From Sulfolobales archaeon (GTDB taxonomy: Archaea > Thermoproteota > Thermoprotei_A > Sulfolobales > AG1), in NCBI GenBank assembly GCA_038867615.1, contig JAWBYA010000002.1, positions 32,001 to 96,000 of the forward strand: a DNA stretch of 64,000 nucleotides, written 5' to 3'. Under the pieces are notes generated by a model. The model was not told the DNA's origin. It ran no database searches and saw only the letters and a program-made list of their open reading frames with translations. Every line of letters begins with the position of its first letter. Within the stretch, counting starts at the first letter, position 1. The position numbers and the translations under genes were made by a program. Shown piece by piece: positions 23,069 to 32,371 of this stretch.

Positions 23069-24547
23069 TTTTCAGAAGCAGAGAGGATCCTGAGCAAGAG
23101 TGAGATCGAGGTTTTAAGAGCCATAGCCAGGATTAGGAGAGGCTCGATAGACGATGTTGAAAGAGCAAGCGGGATCCCGAGGAGCACTATAGCATCTATA
23201 GCAGAATCCCTAGCCCTGAAGAATCTCGTGAAGATCGAGAGGAGGGCGAGACAGATCTATAGAACAACCGAGGAGGGGCTTAAGAACCTGAACTCATTTC
23301 CAGAAGAGGAGCTTCTCGAACTCCTAAAGAGAATGGGCGGGGCAGCATCTATAAAGGAGATAGAGGATCTGTTTGGAAAAGAAAGAGCCTCGATCGCAAT
23401 AGCATGGGCTAGGAGGAGAGGGTGGGTAAGGATCGATAGCGGGAGGATCATATCCACAGGGGGGTATTCTATGGAGAGATATAGAAAAGCCCTCGAAAAA
23501 GCCGTGAAAGGCGCCACTGCCGAGGATCTCGGGCTATCGTCGGAAGAGCTTGCCGAGCTGGTTAGGAGGAGAATGCTTGTTAAGGAAGAAGCCGCCGAGG
23601 TTATCATCGAGATCTTAGAGAACGGGCTGAAAACACTAGAAGATCTGGGAGATCTTGTTATTGTGTCAAAACTAACGAGGGATATAGTGATCCAGAAGCC
23701 CAGGGGCATCTATATCAAGCCCTATAATGTAGAGGCAGAGCCTGCAAGGATCTATCCAGCCTATAGGCACTTTTACGTCGATTTCCTCGAAATGCTGAGA
23801 GAGATCATGCTATCCCTAGGCTTTGACGAGATTAGCGATGACCTTGTGGTTCCAGAGCTATGGAACTTCGACGTACTCTTCCAAGCCCAGGATCACCCCG
23901 CAAGAGAGATCCACGATACGCTTGTGGTGGAGGGAGGAGAGGCGGATCTGGGGATCTATGGTGATCTTTTGGAGAGGGTCTCTAGAGAGCATTCAAGGGG
24001 GTGGGGCTATGAGTACAATAGATCCATCGCCTCTAGGCTTGTCATGAGGAGCCAGACGACAGCTGCAACTATAAGGTATCTACACTACCATAGAGAACCC
24101 CCCGTGAGGGCCTTCATAATAGGTAGGGTGTTTAGGTTCGACAGGATCGATGCGAAACACTTGCCAGAGTTCCACCAGCTTGACGGGATTGCTATGGAGC
24201 ATGATATGAGTCTGAGGAAGCTTTTAGGAATACTTACACAGGTCACGAAAGCCCTGGGCTTCAGAGAGGTTATATTCAAACCCGGCTATTTCCCATTCAC
24301 AGAGCCCAGCGTCGAGGGGTATGTGAGAATAGGTGATCTAGGCTATGTAGAGATCTTCGGCTCAGGATTATTCAGACCAGAGGTTCTCAGAATGGCTGGT
24401 GTCAAGCATAACGTTGCTGCGTGGGGTATGGGGGTTGATAGGCTTGCAATGGCCTATCTAGCTATAAACGATATAAGGGAACTCTATACCCCGGAGATCG
24501 ATAGGCTGAGGTGGCATAGGATTGCCAGTTATAAGACTATCCATTAA
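23069..24547 (+). CDS. pheS: Phenylalanyl-tRNA synthetase alpha subunit (start uncertain, upstream of the ORF-track GTG 23228)
   Basis: WNFD.LFQ.QDHPARE.HDT, EFHQLDG, YFPFTEPS, AWGMG motifs; an open upstream frame encodes the N-terminal winged helix. Confidence 0.96.
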   Translation, partial: FSEAERILSKSEIEVLRAIARIRRGSIDDVERASGIPRSTIASIAESLALKNLVKIERRARQIYRTTEEGLKNLNSFPEEELLELLKRMGGAASIKEIEDLFGKERASIAIAWARRRGWVRIDSGRIISTGGYSMERYRKALEKAVKGATAEDLGLSSEELAELVRRRMLVKEEAAEVIIEILENGLKTLEDLGDLVIVSKLTRDIVIQKPRGIYIKPYNVEAEPARIYPAYRHFYVDFLEMLREIMLSLGFDEISDDLVVPELWNFDVLFQAQDHPAREIHDTLVVEGGEADLGIYGDLLERVSREHSRGWGYEYNRSIASRLVMRSQTTAATIRYLHYHREPPVRAFIIGRVFRFDRIDAKHLPEFHQLDGIAMEHDMSLRKLLGILTQVTKALGFREVIFKPGYFPFTEPSVEGYVRIGDLGYVEIFGSGLFRPEVLRMAGVKHNVAAWGMGVDRLAMAYLAINDIRELYTPEIDRLRWHRIASYKTIH

Positions 24548-26174
24548 CAGACTCATAAAAGCCATAGGGAAAGAGGTCTCTCTAAAGGAGCTTGAGAGAC
24601 TACTCATGAGGCTTAAAGCGGAGGTTGAAGAGGTTGGCGATAACCATATCTCGATCGAGATAAATAGCGACCGCCTCGACATGATGATCTCGGAGGGTGT
24701 TGCTAGAGCCCTGAAAGGACTGCTTGAAATCGAGGTCGGGATGCCTCGATATAGTTATAGAGATAGTGGTTACAAGCTAGAGGTTCTCGACGTACCATCA
24801 AGGCCATATATAGCAATGGCTATTGTTAGGGGTATTGAGAGCTCTGAGAACTATATCGAGGAGCTCATACAGTTCCAGGAGAAGCTCCACACAACGATTG
24901 GTAGGATGAGGAGAAAGGTTGCCATAGGGATCCACGATCTCTCGAAGGTACCCTCGAGAGAATGCGTATATAGAGAGCTCGAGCCGAGTGAGAGGCTCAT
25001 ACCCCTCGGGTACTCGAGATCCATGAGTGTTGCGGAAACCCTTAGCTCGACGGAGCAGGGAAGGCTCTATGGATCTATATCCCTAAGGGGTGGGAGAACC
25101 CCGGGGATCGTGTGTGGGGAGACGATCATAAGCATGCCGCCTGTTATAAACTCCAACATTACACGGATCACAGAGCACACAGAGGATCTTTTGATAGACG
25201 TCACAGGAATCGATCTAGACGCTGTTATAAAGACCCTCGAGATCCTATCAACAACGCTTGCAGAAGGCTCCAGATCTAGGGTGATAGAGAGAGTACTAGT
25301 AAAAGCTCCATGGGGTGTTATCGAAACCCCTAGGGGTGATGCCAAGGTTATGGAGATAGGTACAGACTGGGCATCAAGGATCCTTGGTATAGAGGGCATG
25401 GATCCCGGCGAGATGGCTAGAAAGCTTCTCATGATGAGGATAGATGCGAGGGTTCTGGATAGGGTTGTCGAGGCGACTATCCCACCATATAGAGTAGATA
25501 TAATAGATCCTGTGGATCTTGTGGAGGAGATCGCTATGGCCATGGATCTCAACACCCTAGAACCAGAACCACTAGCAACCATACTGCCTGGGAAGCCTAG
25601 TAGGGAGAGTGTTGTTAGAAGAACAATCAGGGATATAATGATCGGTCTCGGCTTCACAGAGATCTATAGACACGTGCTCACATCAAGCAAAATACTCACA
25701 GATCTCGGCTATAATGGCTTCCTCAGGATAAAGAACCCAGTATCGAGCGAGATGGACGCGGCAAGACCATCGATAATCCCAAGCCTCCTCGAGACCCTTA
25801 GACGCTCGCAACACTCACCCAAGCCCATCAAGATCTTCGAGATCGGGGAGATCGTGACCAGGGATCCTTCAATATATACCGGGTGGAGGACGAGACTATC
25901 GCTAGCGGCAGCGATCCTCGACTATGAGGTTAGCTTCGAGGATATACAGGCACCGCTCTTCTCACTACTAAGATCCCTGGGGCTCGAGCCAAAGACAGTG
26001 CAGGCTAAAAATAGCGTGTTTATAGATGGGAGAACAGCCCTCGTGGTTGTTAATGACAAACAGTTAGGATATGTGGGAGAAGTAAGAATAGAGATCCTCA
26101 GCACCCTTGAGATAGACTTCCCAGTAGCCCTGTTCGAGATCGATATATCTAAGATCCTTGAGATCCTTGGATAA
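24522..26174 (+). CDS. pheT: Phenylalanyl-tRNA synthetase beta subunit
   Basis: QEKLH.TIGR.RRKVAIGIHD, SMPPVINS, PPYR.DI..VDLVEE, NPVS motifs. Confidence 0.96.
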   Translation: MPVIRLSINRLIKAIGKEVSLKELERLLMRLKAEVEEVGDNHISIEINSDRLDMMISEGVARALKGLLEIEVGMPRYSYRDSGYKLEVLDVPSRPYIAMAIVRGIESSENYIEELIQFQEKLHTTIGRMRRKVAIGIHDLSKVPSRECVYRELEPSERLIPLGYSRSMSVAETLSSTEQGRLYGSISLRGGRTPGIVCGETIISMPPVINSNITRITEHTEDLLIDVTGIDLDAVIKTLEILSTTLAEGSRSRVIERVLVKAPWGVIETPRGDAKVMEIGTDWASRILGIEGMDPGEMARKLLMMRIDARVLDRVVEATIPPYRVDIIDPVDLVEEIAMAMDLNTLEPEPLATILPGKPSRESVVRRTIRDIMIGLGFTEIYRHVLTSSKILTDLGYNGFLRIKNPVSSEMDAARPSIIPSLLETLRRSQHSPKPIKIFEIGEIVTRDPSIYTGWRTRLSLAAAILDYEVSFEDIQAPLFSLLRSLGLEPKTVQAKNSVFIDGRTALVVVNDKQLGYVGEVRIEILSTLEIDFPVALFEIDISKILEILG

Positions 26175-26246
26175 GCCGAGCCGAGTCCTTACTCTCAAAC
26201 AATAGTATGGATTCCAAGTGTGTTTAGATCCAGTCCGACTCCATGT

Positions 26247-26258
26247 GAAAGCTTATAA
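26247..26258 (+). promoter_or_regulatory. BRE-TATA promoter of the tRNA half
   Basis: GAAAGC-TTATAA, sharing the core AAAGCTTATA with the tRNA-Ala promoter; 27 nt upstream of tRNA position 1. Confidence 0.75.
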
Positions 26259-26284
26259 GCGATAGTGGTTTATTAGAAATGGGC

Positions 26285-26341
26285 GCCGCGGTAGTATAGC
26301 CCGGCCCAGTATGCGGGCCAGGTAGGCCGCCGGGGCCGCGG
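26285..26341 (+). tRNA. 5' half (positions 1-32) of a putative split tRNA-Asp/Glu plus GC-rich trailer
   Basis: GCCGCGG-TA-GTAT-AGCCCGGCCCA-GTAT-G-CGGGC-C (26285-26319) matches crenarchaeal tRNA-Asp/Glu 5' ends. It is followed by A-GGTAGGCCGCCGGGGCCGCGG instead of an anticodon; no T arm follows. Confidence 0.75.
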
Positions 26342-26345
26342 TTTT
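26342..26345 (+). terminator. Oligo-T terminator after the tRNA half
   Basis: TTTT immediately after the GC-rich trailer. Confidence 0.45.
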
Positions 26346-26377
26346 CCACAATATTTTCTCTGATAGTATAGTAATGG

Positions 26378-26944
26378 ATGGAGACCATGTTGAATAGAGA
26401 AGAGGATGTCCTTCCGGGTACGTTGCTCGGGGTTATAGAGGAGTTCATTCCAGGGGCTAATGTTTATGAGATCGATGGTAAGATCTTCTCAAGCGTTATT
26501 GGGGTACCAAGGCTTGATATGATTAAGAGGGTTGCGTGGGTCGAGCCTAGATCGAGGGTACAGACCCCGACCCAGGGATCCATGGTGTATGCCTTCGTCA
26601 CCAGTGTTAGGGAGGAGACCGCGATGCTAAGGGTAATAGCACAGGATCTTAGAAACCCCTATAAGCATGGGTTCGGAGGCATTCTCCACATATCCCAGGC
26701 GAGGAGCAGCCCTGGTGAGAGGAATCTTCAGGAGATCATCAGGCTAGGAGATCTTGTCTATGCTAAGGTTCTTTCTAAGAGCAATCCCTATATATTATCG
26801 CTGAAAGCCCCAAAAGCTGGTGTGGTTCTCTCACTATGCCCCAAATGCGCCTCCTACCAGAGGCTTAAGGGAGGGAAGCTAGTATGCCCTAGATGTGGTT
26901 TTGAGGAGAGTAGAAGGGTTTCACAGCTCTATATATCACTCTAA
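26378..26944 (+). CDS. csl4: Exosome RNA-binding subunit Csl4
   Basis: VLPG..LG..EEF.PG N-terminus, S1 domain (GILHISQ, GDLVYAKV) and a CPKC..CPRC zinc ribbon. Confidence 0.93.
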   Translation: METMLNREEDVLPGTLLGVIEEFIPGANVYEIDGKIFSSVIGVPRLDMIKRVAWVEPRSRVQTPTQGSMVYAFVTSVREETAMLRVIAQDLRNPYKHGFGGILHISQARSSPGERNLQEIIRLGDLVYAKVLSKSNPYILSLKAPKAGVVLSLCPKCASYQRLKGGKLVCPRCGFEESRRVSQLYISL

Positions 26945-26955
26945 CCGGGATCATC

Positions 26956-27795
26956 TTGACCAGGATCGGGTTTTCAGTATGGAAAGGGGATTCGGGAAGA
27001 ATAGGGTCTCTCGTAAAGAGCCTGATCGAGAGCGGTATGGATCATGCTGAGGTAAGCGTTGATACCCCCTTAGATATAGAGCTAGAGGATCTCAAACCCG
27101 TTTTAGAGAGCATAAGAGATGCTGGGATAAGCCTCGGGATCCACCTCCCCTGGAGAGAGCTTCCCATAGCCTCACCGATCGAGGAGGTAAGGTTAGCCTC
27201 AACAACTGTTATAATGAGGATCATTGATAGGCTATCGAGATACGAGCCAGCGTATTTCGTGCTACATGGGTCAAGCGAGCAGGCTCTGTGCTCAGAGCGG
27301 GAGGATCTATGTATAGGCTATCTAAAAAGATCCCTTGAGGAGTTGTTGAGAATAAGCGATCGGATCGCTTTAGAGACTATCCAGGGGAGCTGTTGCGGGA
27401 AGATAGGGCAGATAGTCAAAATCCTGGAAGATCTACCCCAGCTAAGGATATGCATAGACCTAGCCCACGTTGCCGCCGAGAACCTGGTAAGGGGTAAGGG
27501 TAGATGGCCTTCAACGGTCTCTGAAGCCTTATCAGAGGTGGTGGAGAGTATTTGGAGAAGATCCGTTGTGATCCACCTCCACGGATTAAAGAACAAGGAT
27601 AGAAGGCCAAGGACCCATTATGACTTCTCACAAACACCGCTAGGGGCAGAGGATATAGCTAGAGCAGTAAAGATCTGGGGGATAGGGTATGTGGTGTTCG
27701 AGGTCTTCTACAGATCCTCCGGAGGAAGCCCCGAGCCTGGGGATCTCTCTGACGAGGTTAGGAGGATAAGGAACTGGATTTCACTATTAGGTTAG
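26956..27795 (+). CDS. Sugar phosphate isomerase/epimerase (AP endonuclease 2) TIM-barrel protein
   Basis: GIHLP, VLHG, ALE, CIDLAH, HLHG..H, VFE metal-ligand pattern. Confidence 0.8.
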   Translation: MTRIGFSVWKGDSGRIGSLVKSLIESGMDHAEVSVDTPLDIELEDLKPVLESIRDAGISLGIHLPWRELPIASPIEEVRLASTTVIMRIIDRLSRYEPAYFVLHGSSEQALCSEREDLCIGYLKRSLEELLRISDRIALETIQGSCCGKIGQIVKILEDLPQLRICIDLAHVAAENLVRGKGRWPSTVSEALSEVVESIWRRSVVIHLHGLKNKDRRPRTHYDFSQTPLGAEDIARAVKIWGIGYVVFEVFYRSSGGSPEPGDLSDEVRRIRNWISLLG

Positions 27796-27884
27796 TATTA
27801 CAATGCTCCTCACCGCAACCTGTGTAGGGTTTCATGAAGCACTTATAAGTGTAAAAATATAGGCTTTCTACCAGCTTCCCAGAC

Positions 27885-28655
27885 CTATGGCGGTACTATC
27901 TTGCCTTTATCAACTCTATATTCTATAGGCTCTACACAGTGGGCCGATGCCCTCATTTTCTTTATATAGAAATACCTAGTAACTCTCTTCTTAGCTATAT
28001 CCATTTCTAGGTTTGTGACCACAACGCCGTCGAGCACGTTTTCAATAGTCTTTAACCATTCCGCTATATCCTCGGAATCCGTGTGAATGATAACTAGGGT
28101 TGTGACCCCGTATCCCTTTGAGGCTACAGCCCTTATTCTTTTTAGAAGCTCTGTTGCACTGCTTATCTCTATAGATGAGAGGATCTCATTATATGAGTCA
28201 ATGATCATTATACCCCCACCCCCTCTCTCGGACATATATGCCGACTCAAGCCTTACAGCTGATAGTATCTCCTCGGGTGTTAGCGATGATATGGATCTCG
28301 ATATAATATCCTGGGGAGGTTTTAGGGGAAGCATCCTGTGAGAGAAACCATCTATTATCCTGAATGCCCCACGCGATATAGAGGATCTCACAAGCTCTTC
28401 CCCAGCAACGCTTGATAGTGAGTTAACAACATGCTGGGGATCATCGTCCAAGGCTAGGTATGCGACGAAACCCCCTCTGCTAAGGTGATAGGACGCTGTG
28501 TTTCTAACAAGCAGGCTCTTCCCACCCCCAGAGGGGCCTACGATAGCGATCATGGATCTGGGGTTTATTCTCTCAACACACCAGTCAAGGATCTTAACCC
28601 CAAATACAAACCCAGGCAAGCTGATCCTAAACCACCAGTTATACTTACCAGGCAT
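27885..28655 (-). CDS. KaiC/RAD55-like RecA-superfamily ATPase
   Basis: Walker A GPSGGGKS, Walker B IIDS, C-terminal IKKMR..H; start uncertain (28655-28757). Confidence 0.85.
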   Translation of the reverse strand: MPGKYNWWFRISLPGFVFGVKILDWCVERINPRSMIAIVGPSGGGKSLLVRNTASYHLSRGGFVAYLALDDDPQHVVNSLSSVAGEELVRSSISRGAFRIIDGFSHRMLPLKPPQDIISRSISSLTPEEILSAVRLESAYMSERGGGGIMIIDSYNEILSSIEISSATELLKRIRAVASKGYGVTTLVIIHTDSEDIAEWLKTIENVLDGVVVTNLEMDIAKKRVTRYFYIKKMRASAHCVEPIEYRVDKGKIVPP

Positions 28656-28936
28656 GGTTAAATCTACCCACATCGAGAGAGACCCTGCTGGATAGATGAA
28701 AGCCCCGCGCCCTTGGACTCGATCGCGACTTACGAATATACCGAAACATAGATCCATGTAGGCAGGGTTGAAGCCCTAGATATAGAAGGATATCACTGAT
28801 ATAACGAAACTTAAGGAACAAAGAACCGTTATACAGGGCTGGCTAGAGCTTATTATTAATAGCGTCATATGGGCATCTATTCTATTTGATTTGCTGCATA
28901 TTAGTCAGCATTTATGAAAAAACATGGGTGTATTGA

Positions 28937-29869
28937 ATGCCTGCATTCAATATACACAGATTATCCCACGCAGCTCTCAATGTATCAAACATAGAGCGTG
29001 CCAGGGAGTTCTACGTAGATATCCTGGGCTTTGTAGAGGTTGAGAAGAGCGGGGATGAGCTTTACCTCAAGGGTGTTGAGGAGGGACAGCATCACAGCCT
29101 TATTCTTAAGAAAGGAGAACCGACAGGGCTTGTCTATGTTGGTTTCAGGGTATCGTCGCCCGAGGATCTGGATCGGGTGCGAAGCTACTACGAATCCCGC
29201 GGCTGCAAGGTAACCAAGTATAAGGAGAAAGCCGTAGATGATGCTCTGCTCGTGATAGATATGTTCGGTGTACCTATGCTCTTTTACTACGACATGGAGT
29301 ATATAGGGGATCTGGGGCTTATGTTCCACATCTACAGAGGAGCCCCGCCTGTGAGGATACACCATGTCAATCTAGGGCTCAAGACACACGATCTAGAGGA
29401 GGGGCTTAGATACTATACCGAGGATCTTGGATTCATACTAGCCGAGTATTTCCTAGGCCCAGACGGGTCTAAACAGATCGCATGGCTAACAGGACGCTAT
29501 ATACATAGCTCCCACGAGGTTGCAATAGCTAAGGCTGGTGATGCAGCTTTCCACCATATAGCATACTACGTATTCGAGTTCAGGGATATGGTTAGAATAG
29601 CAGATATACTCGCTAGCCTGGGCATGTGGGACTCTATAGAGAGAGGGCCTGGGAGGCATGGTGCAACAAGAGGATTCCACCTATACCTAAGAGATCCTGA
29701 TGGGAATAGGGTAGAGCTCTACCAAGGGGATTACGTTATACTAGATCCTGATAAGTGGAAGCCTATTGAGTGGAGGTATGAGCAGGCTAGATATAGATCC
29801 GATTTCTGGGGAAGACCGACGCCCGAGAGGTGGAGAGAGGTAAAACAAGTGATCCCGCCAAGCCCATAA
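28937..29869 (+). CDS. Extradiol ring-cleavage dioxygenase, 3,4-dihydroxyphenylacetate 2,3-dioxygenase-like
   Basis: Two VOC domains with HHVNL, HEVA, FHHIAY, ERGPGRHG and YLRDPDGNRVELY motifs. Confidence 0.88.
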   Translation: MPAFNIHRLSHAALNVSNIERAREFYVDILGFVEVEKSGDELYLKGVEEGQHHSLILKKGEPTGLVYVGFRVSSPEDLDRVRSYYESRGCKVTKYKEKAVDDALLVIDMFGVPMLFYYDMEYIGDLGLMFHIYRGAPPVRIHHVNLGLKTHDLEEGLRYYTEDLGFILAEYFLGPDGSKQIAWLTGRYIHSSHEVAIAKAGDAAFHHIAYYVFEFRDMVRIADILASLGMWDSIERGPGRHGATRGFHLYLRDPDGNRVELYQGDYVILDPDKWKPIEWRYEQARYRSDFWGRPTPERWREVKQVIPPSP

Positions 29870-29980
29870 ATATCTGACCCATAGATCTTTTTCTTTTATG
29901 GAGACTGTGTACAGCCGGCTAAGCGGTCTGCTTTTCAATTGTAGAGAGATATTTTTCCTTAGATATATAATTAGGGGATC

Positions 29981-32371
29981 ATGGGGGAGGAGGTTCTAGA
30001 CGTCTTTATCCTGGATCTCAGCTATGAGGTTGTTAGATCAGAACCCCATATTGTGATCTGGGGTATAGATTCTTCCGGAAACAGGGTGCTTCTCCGAGAT
30101 AGGAGTTTTAGACCTTACTTCTACGCAGTGCTTGAGGACGATGCTCCTGTAGAGCAGGTGGCAGAGATGATCAGAAGGCTGAGCGTGCCATCATCGCCAA
30201 TAACCGAGGTTAAACCAGTTGATAGGAAATACTATGGGAGGCCTGTCAACGTCCTCAGGATCCAGACTGTTATTCCTGAGAGTGTTAGGGATTATAGGGA
30301 GAAGGTTAAGGGTATTGCGTATGTTAGAGAGGTGCTTGAGGCTGACATAAGGTTCGCCCTGAGGTATATGATAGACAGGGAGACTCCTCCCAGCACCTGG
30401 CATAGGTTTAGGGTTAGGAAGATCCCGAGGAGTAATGAGTATAGAGTCTCTGAGGAGTACGAGGTTATCGAGAGAACCGGCTATAGCGATATAACAAAGC
30501 CACCTAGCATGAGGAGCATAGCCTTTGATATAGAGGTATATAACCCCAGAGGCTCTCCAAGAGCAGAGACCGATCCTGTGATAATAATAGGCGCCATGAA
30601 TGACAAGGGGGAGAAGGTTCAGTTCCTCGCAGAAGATCCAGGGCCGAGGGATGCAAAACCACTTAGAGAATTCATTGAATACGTGTTAAACGAGGATCCA
30701 GACATACTTTTCGGATATAATAGTGCTTATTTCGACATACCATACCTCATGGAGAGGTGTAAGAGGTATGGATTGAAATTCGATATCGGTAGGAGGAGGG
30801 GGGCTGAGCCGAGACCTAGTGTTTATGGTCACTACTCAATCCCCGGGAGGCTGCACGTGGATCTCTATGACTTTGCTGAGGAGATACACGAGATAAAGAT
30901 CAAGAGCCTCGATGTCGTTGCAGAATACTTCGGGATCATGAGTAGGTCTGAGAGGACAAACATACCCTGGTATGAGATAGCGCGGTACTGGGATGACAAG
31001 TCGAAGAGACAGATTCTCCTGAAATACTCTATGGAGGATGTTATATCGACATACGGAATAGGGATGAAGATCCTCCCCTTCGCGATCCAGATATCATCTC
31101 TAACAGGATTACCACTAGACCAGGTTGGATCAGCATCTGTAGGGCATAGGCTGGAGTGGTATCTAATGAGAGAAGCCTATAGATATGGAGAGCTCGTACC
31201 AAACAGAGAGGAGAGACCCTACGAACCCTACAAAGGAGCAGTTGTTCTAGAACCAAAGCCCGGTGTTCATGAGAACATAGCTGTTATGGATTTCTCATCC
31301 ATGTATCCAAACATAATGATCAAGTATAACATTGGTCCAGACACATATATAGATAACGAAGAAGAATGCGGAGAAGACGGGTGCTGGGAAGCCCCAGAGG
31401 TTGGCTATCTCTTCAGAAAAAGCCCTCCGGGGTTTTACAAGAGGGTTCTTGAGACGCTCTTAAAGCTGAGGAGAAGTATTAGGAGTGAGATGAAGAAATA
31501 CGATCCCGATAGTATTGAGTATAGAATCCTTGACGAGAGGCAAAAAGCCCTGAAAATACTCGCCAACGCTGCCTACGGCTATATGGGGTGGGTGGGGGCT
31601 AGGTGGTATTTCAAGCAAGGGGCAGAGGCTGTGACAGCATGGGGTAGGGCTACTATTAAGAGGGCTATCGAGATCGCTAAGAGCATGGGGTTAGAGGTTA
31701 TCTATGGAGATACAGATTCGCTCTTCATAAGATACTCGAAAGGATTGGCTGAGGAGTTCGCGGAGAGGATCTCTAGGGAGCTTGAGATGGAGATAAAGAT
31801 AGATAAGATCTATAGGAAGGTTTTCTTCACAGAGGCTAAGAAGAGATATGTAGGGCTGACAGAGAATGGAGGGATAGATATAGTTGGCTTCGAAGCGGTG
31901 AGGGGAGACTGGTCAGAGCTTGCCAAAGAGATCCAGGAGGAGGTGGCTAGAATAATACTCGGGACAAACGATGTGTCAAAGGCTATAGAGTATGTGAGAA
32001 GCGTTGTGAAAAACCTAGAGGCTGGCAAGATACCCATGGAGAAGCTAGTCATATGGAAAACAATAACAAGACCCCTAGACGAGTACGAAGCCACAGCACC
32101 CCATGTAAGAGCAGCAAAGATCCTGCTGAGCAGAGGGGGTAGAATAGCGATAGGGGATAAGATAGGCTATGTCATAGTGAGAGGGGCTGGGAGGATAAGC
32201 GATAGAGCAATGCCCTACACGTTTGTAGACCCTAAGGATATAGATCCATCATACTATATAGACCACCAAGTAATACCAGCAGCCCTAAGGATACTAGAGT
32301 ACTTCGGGGTAACGGAGAGAACGCTGAGATCAGGGTCTAGGAGCAGGAGTCTTTTCGACTACTCCAAATAA
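29981..32371 (+). CDS. polB3: Family B DNA polymerase (PolB3 type), intact exonuclease and polymerase motifs
   Basis: FDIE, GYNS..FD, DFSSMYP, K..AN..YGY, YGDTDS motifs; C-terminal PIP-like SLFDY. Confidence 0.95.
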   Translation: MGEEVLDVFILDLSYEVVRSEPHIVIWGIDSSGNRVLLRDRSFRPYFYAVLEDDAPVEQVAEMIRRLSVPSSPITEVKPVDRKYYGRPVNVLRIQTVIPESVRDYREKVKGIAYVREVLEADIRFALRYMIDRETPPSTWHRFRVRKIPRSNEYRVSEEYEVIERTGYSDITKPPSMRSIAFDIEVYNPRGSPRAETDPVIIIGAMNDKGEKVQFLAEDPGPRDAKPLREFIEYVLNEDPDILFGYNSAYFDIPYLMERCKRYGLKFDIGRRRGAEPRPSVYGHYSIPGRLHVDLYDFAEEIHEIKIKSLDVVAEYFGIMSRSERTNIPWYEIARYWDDKSKRQILLKYSMEDVISTYGIGMKILPFAIQISSLTGLPLDQVGSASVGHRLEWYLMREAYRYGELVPNREERPYEPYKGAVVLEPKPGVHENIAVMDFSSMYPNIMIKYNIGPDTYIDNEEECGEDGCWEAPEVGYLFRKSPPGFYKRVLETLLKLRRSIRSEMKKYDPDSIEYRILDERQKALKILANAAYGYMGWVGARWYFKQGAEAVTAWGRATIKRAIEIAKSMGLEVIYGDTDSLFIRYSKGLAEEFAERISRELEMEIKIDKIYRKVFFTEAKKRYVGLTENGGIDIVGFEAVRGDWSELAKEIQEEVARIILGTNDVSKAIEYVRSVVKNLEAGKIPMEKLVIWKTITRPLDEYEATAPHVRAAKILLSRGGRIAIGDKIGYVIVRGAGRISDRAMPYTFVDPKDIDPSYYIDHQVIPAALRILEYFGVTERTLRSGSRSRSLFDYSK

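Noticed and set aside
26285-26319. tRNA fragment as the att scar of an integrated element
   Set aside because: No integrase or foreign DNA nearby, both flanks are core genes, and the fragment keeps a promoter, GC-rich trailer and T-tract. Kept only as an alternative.
26224-26448. 74-aa minus-strand ORF over the tRNA half
   Set aside because: Shadow of the GC-rich tRNA fragment and the csl4 start; no recognisable motif.
27840-27851. Palindrome CACTTATAAGTG between convergent genes
   Set aside because: TATA-like, but no downstream RNA structure or ORF on either strand; may be chance.
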